A stretch of DNA of 64,000 nt from Euglena gracilis (lineage: Eukaryota), in assembly GCA_039621445.1 (NCBI GenBank), contig CP154954.1, positions 14,178,387 through 14,242,386 of the forward strand, in the 5' to 3' direction. Positions 10,001 to 21,600 of this stretch are shown in pieces. Below the pieces are notes generated by a model, which saw nothing but the letters and a program-made list of their open reading frames with translations, had not been told where the DNA came from and did not search any database. How positions within the stretch are numbered: the first letter of the stretch is position 1; each line of letters begins with the position of its first letter. The position numbers were made by a program, and so were the translations under genes.

Positions 10001-13000
10001 AAAATTTTTGCCTCAAAGCGCTGTTTTTTGGCTATCCAGACCCGGAAAAGGTGTATTTTGAGCCAAAAGTGAGTGTTTCTTCACCCCCTGGCGCCCTGTT
10101 TCGGGCACAAAACCTTTGCATTTCAGTCAACAGAGTCCATGGAGTGCGCCGGTTTATATGGGGGTGTCAATGAAGGGGTGGGTGAGCGCTTATTAAGAGC
10201 TCAGCACTATTCAAAACCTGGTCGTTGGACATAGGGGGGAGGGTAAGTGGGGGGGGGGGGGTTAGTAAATGGGGGGGTTTATAAGTGGGGGGGGGGTTAA
10301 GGGTATTTTGATTTCCCCGCAACACCCTGCCCAGCCCGAGTTACGGCTATTTTTTGGTCAATTTTGGCCATTTTGCACAATTTTGGCCTGCTCTGACTTT
10401 TTCTGACCGTTTTTGGCAACTTTTAGTTCAAAAAAAAGTCGAGACAAATTGGAAAAAGAAATTGCCCGAAACGATGTTTTTTTGGCCCCTGGAACCCAGG
10501 AAAACGGTTTTCGAGCCGAAATTGAGCGTTTTTCGACCCCCTGGCGCCCCGTTTTTGGCCTGAAACCCATGCATTTCGGTCAAAAAAGTTTCTCTGCGCA
10601 GAACGATGTTTTGGGCCTCCCGGACCCGTAAAAGCTGTCTTTGAGCCGAAAATGAGTGCTTTTTGGCTCATGCACTTTGACTGGCCCGGGCCCCCGGGCC
10701 ACCGGCCGGGCCGGGCCACCGCGCGGGGCCGTGCAATGCCGCCGGCCGGGCCGGGCCGCCGGGTTGCCGGCCGCCTCAAACGTGTGCCACACACCTGAAA
10801 CATCTGCAGCAGCATGGCACCGTCACACAAGGGATGGGAAGGTTTTTTCCCTTGAGGACCGCCCCTTGACTGATAAACCAGGTTTTGTGCAGTGCTGAGC
10901 TCTTCGGGTGTGGACCACCCTGATACAAACAGAAAGCCCCAACAAGCAGGGGTTTGCAATTGCAATGCGTGGCCACATTTTAACGATGCAGGGTGCCAGG
11001 CAAAGCCGCCTCGCTGCCCCCCCCCCCCTGTGTCTGTAACCCTATCTGAGCGGCTCTTCGGGTTTGGCTGATTGCTTTGTCAAGCCAGTATGGCGACCCT
11101 AACCTAACCCTATACACACACACACACACACACATGTACATAAAAATAATATATGTGTACATATATTATACATGGAGACGATCCAACCAAAGAGATACAG
11201 GGCCAGTCACGGCGAGTCGACCGTGGCTGCAGCCAGGCTCTGCCCCGCTCCACCAGCAGCCGGCCGCGCCCCAGCCAGGTGGCCCGCCTCGACGCACGCG
11301 TGGATGCGGGTCACGCAGCGGTCGCAGTCCGCGAAGGAGGGGGCGCCGCCGTTGGGGCCCACCGCCGTGCGGGACCAGCCCCTGAGCGGCCGCCTCAGGG
11401 ACCCCCGGGGGAGGGGCCAGCTCGGACGGCAAAGTTTGGGTTGGCTCAAAAGAGATTCCATCCCCCCTCCCGGCCTGCGGACTGGAACTGGGCGCGACCG
11501 GGGGTCGAACCGGGTGCCAAAAGAACCGAAACCAAAAAAAACTGCCACAAAAGCAAACAGACCAAAATATGACCAAAAATATGAGCTGTGTAGCTCGCTT
11601 TCGACAAAAATTTGCTTTGTCATTTTGGGCCTGGTTTTTATTTAAACCTCGGAAGGGAAAAGATTACAGACCGTCCACCTGCCCTTCGCTCAGCTGGACG
11701 AGGATCGAAATTCGTCGACGGGACGAGACGGAGGGGGGAGGTTGCCAGCTGGCAGGGGGAGGGTCCTCCCTGCAAAAGCGACGACCAGGACGGGACCCGG
11801 GTCGAACCACCCGCGGCCCGTTGCGTGGTTCGACGCGACCCAAATTTCAAGCCTGCAATAGAACCCTCCTCCAGGAGGATTAATCAACGCCATGTTGCCT
11901 CCCGTACAATTTCTCTGTGGGGTTGTGGGTCCCTCGATCGCCTTCATATGGAGCACAGTGGTGGGGTGGGGGTCATCACCACCACGTGCTCGATCTGGTG
12001 CTTGTTCAGGGCGAACCGCAGGTTGCCGATGTAATGACGGCGGCCGCGATGAACAAGCACACACACAACACAACACAAACGCAAACACAAACACGAACAA
12101 ACACAACACAACAAAGCACAGCACAGCACAGCACACAGCACAAAACACACTCAACACACTCAACACGCACGGTCTCTGGTCTGTTCCAAAATAAATTGTA
12201 ACTAAATTACTATTTTTTTCCCGCCAGATTTGGAGGCAACTTCGCAGGGAGTCCAGTCCGCAGGTGGACTTTCCAATGTGACAATCAGGCGGTATTGCTC
12301 CCACTTATGCGGTGGATCGCACTGAAGGAAATTTTCTTTGTCGATGAGGGAATTTGCCGAACCGCCATTTTCCTTTGAAAATGAAAATGCCTGACTCCCA
12401 AAAACCCAATCATGTGATCAGGATGTGATGTGGTGCCCCAGGACGGATACATGGAATCAGGGATGGCAGTTTTGGGTGCCTTGGAGCACGGGTCACCACA
12501 CCATAGACGGTGCATAACACCCAGCGTACACGTACATTGCCACCCTACCTCCAGAACACCACCTGGCGCTGGCAATTATCAGACAGGAAATGGGGGGGGG
12601 TACTGGGTTTTGGTGCTTTTCTGGGTTTATTTTTGGCACTTTGTGGAGCCCACTCTGGGGGTTTTCATGCCCCTCCGACCACTCAAAAAAAAAAGCAAAG
12701 CAAAATCTACCAAAGTAAGAGGAGTGACAGGGCTATTGCTCCCTCTCGATCAAAGTCACAGCAACGCCGTCGTCCAAGTCAAAAAATTTCGACCTGCAGG
12801 GCAAATGCGCACAAAGACCCAAAAAAAGTGCGAGACCCGCCACCTAAGTGCCAAGGTGTCCACGTCCCAGAACCTCCCAGGGATGGTAAGGTGACAATTT
12901 TCAAATGGGGGGGTGATGTGGGGCAATCCCAGCCGGATGTTGCGTCTCGTCGGACAGCGTGATGAGGAGCCGGCAGTTGAGCAAGGCCAGGGCCTCTGCC

Positions 13001-15053
13001 TCCTCCAGCTCAGGTTTTGCACAGCCCGCCAGCTTCATCTCGGGGGCAGGGGGGGGGGGCTCTGGCGTGTGTGCGGGCACGTGGGTTGACGTGCAGGAGC
13101 GAACACGTGATGATGTTTATGTATATATGTATATGTTTTCGTTTATGTCTATGTTTATGTTATGTTTCTGTTTATGTTTATGCGACAAAAGGTGGTACAA
13201 AAAAAAACTCCTGTCCCAGCACAACCAAAACAAAAAAACCACCAGAAAAGCAGGCGAAAATTTCGCACCATCTTGGCATAATCTAGTCGACATAAACCAT
13301 CACCCATCCTCCCAAAGAACAAAAAAAAACTTTTCTGACTTTTCAGTACTCGATCATATTTGCCCGCCCTTGGCAAAAATGGTCCTTAATGGGAAAAAAA
13401 TACCTTGACAATCACCGCCGCCACCACCACCACCATCATAGATGGTGATGATACATAAGACAATGAGCGGAGATGCTGGCACCAAGTAAACACAAACCCT
13501 CCAAGATGTAAAGCTGAGAGAAATGAATACAACGCGCACCCTCGAAAAGCACAAAAAAAACAGCACAAAAAATAATCCACAAAAAAAGAAAAAATATTGT
13601 CAAAGATAGGGAAAATCAAAAGGTTCATTTTGCTGTTTTGGGAACATGCTGGTTCGTGACGAATGAGTGTTGAAATGACAGTTCTATCACTGACCTGGTA
13701 TAGGTCCAAGCCATACGGGTCGAAATAAACCTAGTGCTGACGTTTAGAAAAAGTTCCAATAATAAGGGTCTGTGAAAATCAAATGAAAAAAATAACCAAA
13801 AATGTGTTGTTAACGAAAATTTCGGCATTTCTGCAAAATGAATTGGCAAAATTACAGGTAACCTCCAGACATCCCTGCACCCGGCGAGCACGAGCCAAAG
13901 ACTGCGGAGGACCACGACACGACTGCACGGCTGCAGGCTCCGCCGCCCGGCCGGCTAGCAGGGCCGGCGGGGGCAGCGGCGGTTCGGGTCGGCCACTGGC
14001 CGAGAGAGAAGGTGGCTGCAGGCTGTCTTCCCTGACCGGGCGACTGCTTAGCGGGAGGATACAGCGTACGGTATAATTTCTATAAAAAAAACAGCTGTAC
14101 CAACAACAATGCCAACATAAAATGTACGTGGCAGGATGTTCTGCCTTTTGTTTCCATTTTTTTGGGGCCAAATGGCACCAAGCCCAATAGGAGGGTTGCA
14201 AACCTATTTAAATCCAATGGCTTTTTTCCCGGATGTAAACAACAGGCTTCTCCAACTTGGAAGGGGAGGGGTTGAGGGCCCAGAACCCCCAGGGGGATTC
14301 CCTGAAAATCGGTCGGGTATGGATCGAGCTGAAAATTAATTAAAAATTGCAAATACAGGCATGCAAAAAAAGTGAAACTTTTTCACTTGACAGATATGAA
14401 AATAATTTGAGATATTTTTAATTCAGATAAAAAAACTGGTTGTTCAGGAAAACTAACAACAAACTCAATACTTCCTCACCACCTTCTTTATCTTTCATTT
14501 TTTAAATTGTTTCCAAAATATTCTTCATACATACATTGGAGATAAGATGAGATTTCTCTGCCTTGCATGGTATCTGAAGCCTTACACTTCCAGGCTTCCC
14601 ATATATCCTTTGCGGTTATTGTTATTTATACAACCAGTCGTGGTTATAATCCAGAATTTTAGAAATCCAGCCAACAGTTTTGAAAATCAGTCAGTTAACA
14701 CCACCCCAGGGTGGAGTAAAAGCCACTTTGAAGAATGGCGAAAGTCCTGGACGAAACTAAAAAAAACAACAATTGGATGCCTGCCCTCGTCGCTACCTGC
14801 ACTGGTGGCAACAGAAAAAGACGTTTTGTGCAAAACTCATTTGATCAAACACCCTTCGTTGCTTTAAAACTGCATCGATTCCTCCTTGTGAATGGGAGGC
14901 ATCAAAAACAAGTTGGATAGCTGGGTGGGAGCAGATTGGCAGATTTCTCAAAGTGGTCCGGAAGCGGACATTTGGCCGTGATTGTTCAACACACGTAAAT
15001 GCAAACGCGGTATGACTTGTGGTCATGGATTCCTGTTCCTGGGTCTCTGCCAT
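4035..15053 (-). CDS. Dual-specificity protein phosphatase, DUSP23/VHZ-like; complement(join(4035..4068?,4651..4800,11277..11353,11968..12035,12939..13041,13881..14056,14927..15053?))
   Basis: The spliced core reads EMKLAGCAKPELEEAEALALLNCRLLITLSDETQ|HYIGNLRFALNKHQIEHVVVMTP|NGGAPSFADCDRCVTRIHACVEAGH(L/P)|AVVHCHAGEGRTGMLLAAYLCRFGGLTPAKAVAHLQRFR. It has the HCX5R motif and is collinear with the DUSP23-type fold as I recall it. The first and last exons are less certain. Confidence 0.8.
4074..4647. mobile_element. hAT-like MITE with 8-bp TSD ATCATCAT; doubles as a candidate non-conventional intron (4069-4650, minus strand)
   Basis: TIR CAGGGCAGAA/TTCTGCCCTG; ATCATCAT at 4066-4073 and 4648-4655. 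Confidence 0.85.
4651..4800 (-). CDS. Phosphatase exon carrying the catalytic P-loop
   Basis: AVVHCHAGEGRTGMLLAAYL matches the CX5R signature; GC3-rich codons. The 3' border is uncertain. Confidence 0.9.
7580..10221 (-). mobile_element. About 2.6-kb non-autonomous element (family X) with asymmetric inverted repeat GCTGAGCTCTT and an internal 19-bp satellite
   Basis: Both ends and block 7580-8340 are the reverse complement of the copy at 47930-50533. Confidence 0.7.
8376..9266. mobile_element. hAT-like MITE, CARGCACCTAT family, 8-bp TSD GTCATGAT, GGTCGGCCCT repeats
   Basis: TIR CAGGCACCTATGG/CCATAGGTGCCTG; GTCATGAT at 8368-8375 and 9267-9274. Confidence 0.92.
11277..11353 (-). CDS. Phosphatase exon (general-acid loop and helix)
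   Basis: NGGAPSFADCDRCVTRIHACVEAGH. Confidence 0.85.
11354..11967 (-). other. Non-conventional intron with CCA/TGG in place of CAG/CTG
   Basis: CCC|accCCACCACTGTGC ... GCACGGCGGTGGgcccc|AAC; 12-bp stem at +4/-6 with one wobble and one mismatch. Confidence 0.85.
11968..12035 (-). CDS. Phosphatase exon, 68 nt
   Basis: (H)YIGNLRFALNKHQIEHVVVMTP; phases match both neighbouring exons. Confidence 0.85.
12036..12938 (-). other. Non-conventional intron with CGG/CCG stem start
   Basis: AAC|atcCGGCTGGGAT ... ATCGCGGCCGccgtc|ATT; Y|R junctions, frame preserved. Confidence 0.8.
12939..13041 (-). CDS. Phosphatase exon (start of the catalytic domain)
   Basis: EMKLAGCAKPELEEAEALALLNCRLLITLSDETQ resembles the LAG..P...L...G...LVSLTE segment of DUSP23-type proteins. 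Confidence 0.85.
13042..13880 (-). other. Non-conventional or intermediate intron (starts GT, no AG)
   Basis: CGG|gtgCAGGGatgTCTGG ... CCAGAgccc..CCCTGccccc|GAG. Confidence 0.7.
13881..14056 (-). CDS. Pro/Ala-rich upstream exon of the phosphatase gene
   Basis: GC-rich and open in frame with the next exon (LPLSSRPVREDSLQPP...SLARARR). Confidence 0.55.
14927..15053 (-). CDS. Possible further upstream exon (MAETQEQESMTT...)
   Basis: Donor CC|accCAG at 14926; its phase 1 matches the acceptor CTGtatcc| at 14057. Confidence 0.4.
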
Positions 15054-18027
15054 TAGATCAGGCACCCGGGAGGACACGCCGCCTGGCCGGCTGTCGACCC
15101 GGCGGGGGGGGGGGGGGGGGCGGGGGGCGGGGGGCCGCACCTCCGGGAGGCGGCGCCGGCGGCACTCGGACCGAATGCCGAGGACGCCGTGCCGGGCAGG
15201 ACGGGCCCGGGGGGGGGGGCTTGCTCGGGGCAGGCACACCTCCCCCGGGGTTTGGTTTTGGGTTCCGGCCCGGCCGACCCCGTCGCCGCCAACATTCTGT
15301 TGAAAATGGCCAGTTTCGGGCCCCGAAGGCGCCAGGCTGGGTGTGCCACAGCACTGTCCAGCACCAAAAGCCGGGGGGAGACGCACTACCCCCCTGCTGA
15401 CCCATAACACGTATCATGCGAGGTTCGCTAAAAGGAAGCCTGATTGGGGCCCGACCTGAGACCTGGAACTTGGGGTCTGAGAATTGGTGGTCTCACTTTC
15501 CCAACTTTTTTCCCAGAATATTTCCGGTTTCTGGAAACGGGAAGTGGTGAGGGGCTCCACCCCCAGATTCCTATAACCCCCGACCAGGAGGGGTGGTTGT
15601 ACGCACCCCCTGACCTGCAACCCCGACTGTGTGGTCGTTGAATATGGTGGTCGTTGGCAGGGGGGGGGCAGCGTTTCTGGGATTCCCATTCAGCCCTGCC
15701 GCTGGGGGGTTGCCAGGAAGGAGTAGAAGGCGGAGAGGAGCTGTCGGTGGCAACAAGGAAATTGCGCATCAGAACGGGAAACAATGAGGATCGCAGAATG
15801 CGGAATGCACTTCTTGGTAAACAGGATTTGATCGATATCCGCAATGCTTGCCACATCCAAACCGAGCATTAAAAATATTAAACACATCAAAATGAACTGC
15901 AGCTTGAAACTGAATAACAAATGGGGGGAAAACAAATTGTTGGTTTATGTGTAACTACTGTTTCTTACGCTTTATTACTCAATAAGCTTTATTATACTTT
16001 AGTATGCAATAGACTTTACACCGTTCGAAAAGACACAATTCTCGAACTTTCCCAAAAGCTTTGCCTGAAACACCGGATTCATTTCTGCGGATATTTCCCG
16101 GTTGACCAGTCAGACCAAGCCAAACCAGGACCAGGGCAGGAACGCAACGCAGGGTTGGGGGTCAGCCAGACAGGGGAACCGCAGTGGGCGTTCGGGCGGG
16201 ACCAAAACCACGGATCCATTTGGCGAGCCCCCAGGGAAGGTGGACACTGTCCCAGCAAACCTGCCCACCCACTATTATCATTATCAGGGCGGGAACCGGG
16301 CAAGGGGGGGAACTACTACAGCACGGGGGACAAACGCAAACACGCTGTTGTGTTTTTTTTTGTGTTTTTCGATTTTGGCAAAATTTGCGGGCTTTTTTTT
16401 TTTGACGTTTTTTCCCGGGTTTTTTTTGGAATTTTGCTGGAATATTTTTTGGTTATGAAAAATTCCCTTTTTTAGTCCAGACCCCCCGTCAAAGGGCAAG
16501 CACCTATGTGCTATGGTCAGAGTCTCAGAACCAGTCACTTCCAGTCACGCCCAGTCACACCCAGTCATTTTACAGGAGCTTGTCCAAGGGGAGTAGACTC
16601 AAACAACCACCCACTGCAAACACACCCAAAATGGCACGAAAACGTTTGCAATATTCTGTGCGGATATTTGACTGACCCAGATTAACTGGATGCAGTACTG
16701 ACAGGTGTAACCCACCTGCTCAGTGGGAAGGGGTTCAATAGCCCCCCATGTCCACCTACCCCGAAAACCTACCTACCCACCACCCTGGGACAAGGGTTAG
16801 TGAATACGTGGGAAGGCATTCAGCAGTGGGAAGGCGTCGGGCCACATGGAGGGTAGTAGACAGGAAAACCATTGCATCCCGGTGGGCGTTTTGTGAAACT
16901 TAAAATGAACAGAAAAAAAAAGGAAAACCGAAGACCGGGTGGGGGGGGAATTTTGGGGACCTAAATATGCGCAAAAATATGGAAATATAAGAATATGTGC
17001 TAAATATGCGCTAACTATTCAGAAAATTCACCACAACAATTGTTGTCTGCTACAACACCGATCCATGATAAATTATAATAAGAAGACAAAATTTTCACAG
17101 ATGTCTGGGGTTTAGCTGTCTTTGCACAAAAGAAAAAAAATCAAAGCAACTCAAAATTTTTGCGATAATTTCTGGTGTTTTGCAGAAATTTGCAGAATTT
17201 CAAGAAAACCACAAAATCTTATTCAAATTTGGAAAAAAATACTAATAATTGAAAATATGTAGAATATGAGAAATATGTCCAGAAATAAATATGCGCCAAA
17301 TATGCGAAACATCCACAAAATGCGTTCCGCGTATCCCCCTATTGCTAAGCCGGGTCCGGAGGGCAACTCGTTCTGTGAGTTTAGAAATACCGATGAGGTC
17401 TAATGTGGTTTCCCTATTGTCCCCAACGCTGGACAATAGGGATAATAGGGACAATACGCTGACAAGGGAGTTTCTTCTGGACCCCTGGAGGATCCAGCCG
17501 GCCGTTCGGAAGGTGCTGCCAAAAAAAAGGTGCTTATGAAACCCCCTTGGGGGGTCAAGGTTGGGGGGTCTACCAGCTGCTGGGGATGGACTGGAACCCG
17601 AAAACAGGCAAAAAAAGCCCAAATCCTGCTGAGTTGCATTTTTGAAAAACAAAAATTTGAGGTAATAACCCAAAAATGACCTTCAAAAAAGGTCATTTTT
17701 ATTTTTTATTTTTGCTATTTTTACTCCTTTTTTCAAATTACCACTTTGCGCCAATTTTTGTACCGCATATTTCATGCACCGCACATTCCCGCTGAAATTA
17801 TTTGGGGCGAATGATACTGCCGTCATCACCACATGTATTGTCTCCACATTTACCACCATCACCATCACCACTGTCGCTGCTATAAGACAATTTTCTGCTA
17901 ATACATTTTCTTCTTGGAACTCTGAAACCTTGGCACCAACCAGTCTACAACAGCAATCATATCTCTCTGCTCGTTGACACAAACTATCAAATTGGCTATC
18001 CCCCGGGAAGCCTTCCTGGCCAAGAAA

Positions 18028-18620
18028 ATGTCAACCTCGGAGAACACCAAATTAAAGCGCTCCCGTCGTGGCTGGTCACCGGTCGACAGCAGAGCAGCGT
18101 GTGAGGGGCCCGGGGGCGGCGGTCAGACCCACAGCCCCGGACCACAGATTCACTTAGTGTCCATACCGGGGCATACCGGGGGGTCCCTTTTCCTCGGGCC
18201 CAAACCAACCCACCCGCTTTTTTTGAAAACCCACCCTCCCACAACCTGAGCCCTGGGGGGTTAACCACCCACCCACCCACCCACCCACCCACCCACCCAC
18301 CCAAAACCCAGCCGAAAAAAAAATGCCGAAAAAAATTTTGCGGCCGGGCCAAAATCTGACCCCCCCCCCGGGGGGTTTCCAGGGCCCAACCCACCCACCC
18401 ATTCCCGAATACCCCTCCTGGGGGGGCAAAACGGGTGTTAAGTGAATCAATGACCTGGAGCGCCAAACGGGCTGGGCAGCAGGAGCGCTGAACAGGTCCT
18501 TGCTGCGGGGCGACCCAACGATGTCTCTCCCTGGGGAGGACAAATGGGAGACCCCCCATCGGGCTGGGGCTGGAGCTGGCTGGGGAGACTTCTTTTACGT
18601 CAGAAACCTGGAATTATGAG
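18028..18620 (+). CDS. Putative first exons of a plus-strand gene (MSTSENTKLKRSRRGWSP...), with a non-conventional intron at about 18144-18453
   Basis: Two GC-rich blocks separated by a segment whose ends pair over 16 nt (GATTCACTTAGTGTCC/GGGTGTTAAGTGAATC). The downstream frame is ambiguous. Confidence 0.35.
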
Positions 18621-21600
18621 GTACCTCCCCTCGTCCACAATTGAAGGTGAAGCCGGGGGCCAAACTGGTGGAGGTCAAATTAGCATATTACGGTATGTGT
18701 TTTGTCGGAAAAAGACAAAACAGGCCAAAAAGCCTACAAGGCCAATATCGCAAGGTAAGGCTGGAGGCCAAGTTTATGGGGGCCAAGGGAGGGGGACCAA
18801 GTGCCTGGGGGGGGGGGGCATGTGGTGGGGGGAGGCAGGAGCCAAATGAGGAAATAATGAATAAGCGAAATAACCAAAAAAACCTTCATTAGAAGAAAAA
18901 AAATCCCACCCCAGCTTTGGTAAATTATTGGCCGACAAGTTGCATTGCATGGAACACATATGCGCGTGCTGGAGTAATTTTTGTCCCAGAACAATACCGT
19001 GATACTTGAGCATAGATATCAAAATTGCAGAAAAAACTTTCTGTGAAAGCAAATATGACTAAAAAAGAAGCCTCATGCACTCACCGCACCAAGCATATGG
19101 TGTAGGTATGGGTCGGTTGGCACGCGTCGCCCCCGGAAGAAATCCATCCGTGCGGAATTGGATCAAAACACGTTAATTTTCTTTGAACACGTCCTAATGC
19201 CCTCATTGTCACTTGGTCACCCAACGCCGTCCTTCGGTGTGATTGATTGTTTCTGCATCTTGTCCGCTTCCTTCACCCCGTCCCCAACTGGTGGCGTAAA
19301 ATGGAGCCCACAATATCCCCCCCCCACCCAGGGTTCGACAGAAAGGCAGGTGGGGTGTAGGTCAGACCCTCCCCGCCTCACGGTCCAGCAGGGGGGGTGG
19401 GGGGGCATCTGCTGCATCCATTACAACACCTGTGTCCGTTTCATCCACCTTTCCCCACTTTCAGCCACACATGGCCACTTTTGGCCACTGTTGCCCAATT
19501 TCACCCACACTGTTGGCCACTGCTAGATGGCTTTTTGATGGCGTCTAATTTACTGTCTGGCCACTTGTGACTGCCAGGCCAAGGCCACTTTGATCGGCCA
19601 GTTTCAAACCACTTTAGTCCACTTTTGGCCAGCCACAAGCATCTTCCCATTTTGGTCTTCTTTGCTTCAATACTCGTATCCACTCCCGTACGTACCTGCA
19701 TCCACACTTGCGCAGCCGTACCAGCTCCAACCATTCCAATACCACTATCCACTCTGGTGCCTTCCTTCAATCTAATACCAACACCCACTCCAGTATCTGT
19801 ATCCACTCAAATACCATTGTCCGCTCCTTCCACTCCAATATCTGCATCCAAATTCACTCCAATGCCTCCAACTTGCATCCACCCATCTACTTCAATATCT
19901 ATATCCATGTCCAGTCCAGCCCCCCCCTCCAAATCAGACCTCCATTTAGTATATATGACCAAATTTTTTTTATGTATCACATGTATCACACCCTAAAAAT
20001 TAATGTATCCCGTATGTATCACCAAAATTTTTTTAATGTATCACATATGTATCACCAATAAACTTTTTATGTATCACATGTGTATCACCAATTTTTTTTT
20101 ATAAACATTTCCTTTTTTACATCAAAATGTTTTTTTTTCTTTTTGTTTCGCTTTTTTTTTTTGTTTCTTTGCCTCTCTGCAGACAATTGGAACATTTTTC
20201 TTGTGATAATGCTTTCGGCAATGTGTTACGACTCGCCAATTCCCCCGGCAAAAGTTTTTCCAATCTGTAGTCGGGGTTATAATGATTACCTCCCCCCCCC
20301 CCCGGGCGCTTGGCCCCACTCCTCCTTACATGCAAACTTAACCCCCTAAAATTGGCTTTTGGCCCTTTGCACATGGCCGCCAAAATTCTTAACATGCAAA
20401 CTTGGCCCCCCTAAGGTTAGCCCCCTGGCTTTACCTTCAATCATGGCCCGGGCCAAGCGCCCGGGAGGGAAGAGGTTGACCCTCCCCCCAAATAACACCC
20501 CCTCAAATAATACTCCCCCATACGGGGTCCGACTTCGGCCACCGAATTAACACCCCCAAATCTCGGGCCGACGACCCGGATTTTGACCTGAAAAGTTGGG
20601 TAAAAATAACAATCTCTGACAACAAACTACGAAAAATTTCGATTTTTCTTGATCATCTGGCCTCCAAAAATGCTAAATTTTATGAGAAAGTACAAAAAAT
20701 GACCCCAAAGGGGGTTTTGGGTGCTATTTGGGACTTACGGGACTTCGAAAAATTTCGAAAAATTTTGGGAAATAATACCCCTCCCCAAATAATACCCCCC
20801 CCCCCTCGGGGGACTTCGGGCGAAAAATAATACCCCGGGGGGTATTATTTGTGGGGTGTACTCTTGTCAATGGTTGGAGGAATTGTTGTCTCGGAATCCT
20901 GTCTTCCGCGTTTTTAAGGTTCCCTTTGGAAGGAGCGGCTGAGAAGTTTGCTGACAAAAAAAGACAAAAAAATTTGTGTATCACATATATATCACCAAAT
21001 TCTTTTAAATGTATCACATATGTATCACCAAAATAAAATTAATGTATCACAGATACGTTGTGATACGCACTAAATGATGGTCTGCTCCAAATAATGCCCC
21101 CCGGGGGATTTTTTCGCCTGAAATCCCCGTCCAAGGAGGCATTATTTGGGGTGAGTATCATTCATTTTTAATTTCTTTTCGAATTTTCGAAAACTTTCAA
21201 AAATCAACACGACCCAAAATAACCACCCAAAAACACCCCACTTTATTAAAGCAAAAACTGACATATTTGGGTCCCATGGTCAACAAAAACCCACATTTTT
21301 TTAGGTCATTTATCGCCATGAATCCTGATTTTCAACCACATTTTTTTTTGGTGAAAATACAGGTCGGAGAGGCATCATTATTTCTTTTGAAAATCATTTG
21401 GGGAGTATCATTTGCAGGGAAAAAAAATTTAACGAAAAAAAAAACTTCCCGTCCCAGCACATTCAACGAAAATTCAATAGGGAAAACTGACGAAAAAAAG
21501 CCATATCGAAAATGGGTCGATTTTGGGGGGAAAAAGTGATTTCTGGTGTCCTTGGACCATCGCGCATCCACCCGACCCCATTCGATTCTCAGATCGGCCG

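Larger units (their letters stand above)
6833..10297. mobile_element. TIR element (ACCCCCCCCCACTTATAAACCCC...) with probable TA/TAA target, interrupting an older repeat copy
   Basis: Inverted ends at about 6833-6858 and 10271-10297. The flanks GAAATGCCCGATCT and GGGTATTTTGATTTCCCC are contiguous in related copies (about 7975-8005 and 8180-8210). Confidence 0.6.
4801..11276 (-). other. About 6.5-kb non-conventional intron filled with nested elements
   Basis: 5' ggcTGGGGCGCGGCC pairs with 3' GGCCACGCCCCAcagccc. Joining gives EAGH(L/P)AVVHC. The border is uncertain by 1 nt. Confidence 0.7.

Noticed and set aside
4813-11287. Direct repeat GTGGCCCGC at 4813 and 11279 as the intron boundary
   Set aside because: Joining there shifts the frame out of the HCX5R motif.
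15690-15870. Possible additional 5' exon of the phosphatase gene
   Set aside because: Two competing open frames and only weak end pairing; not supportable.
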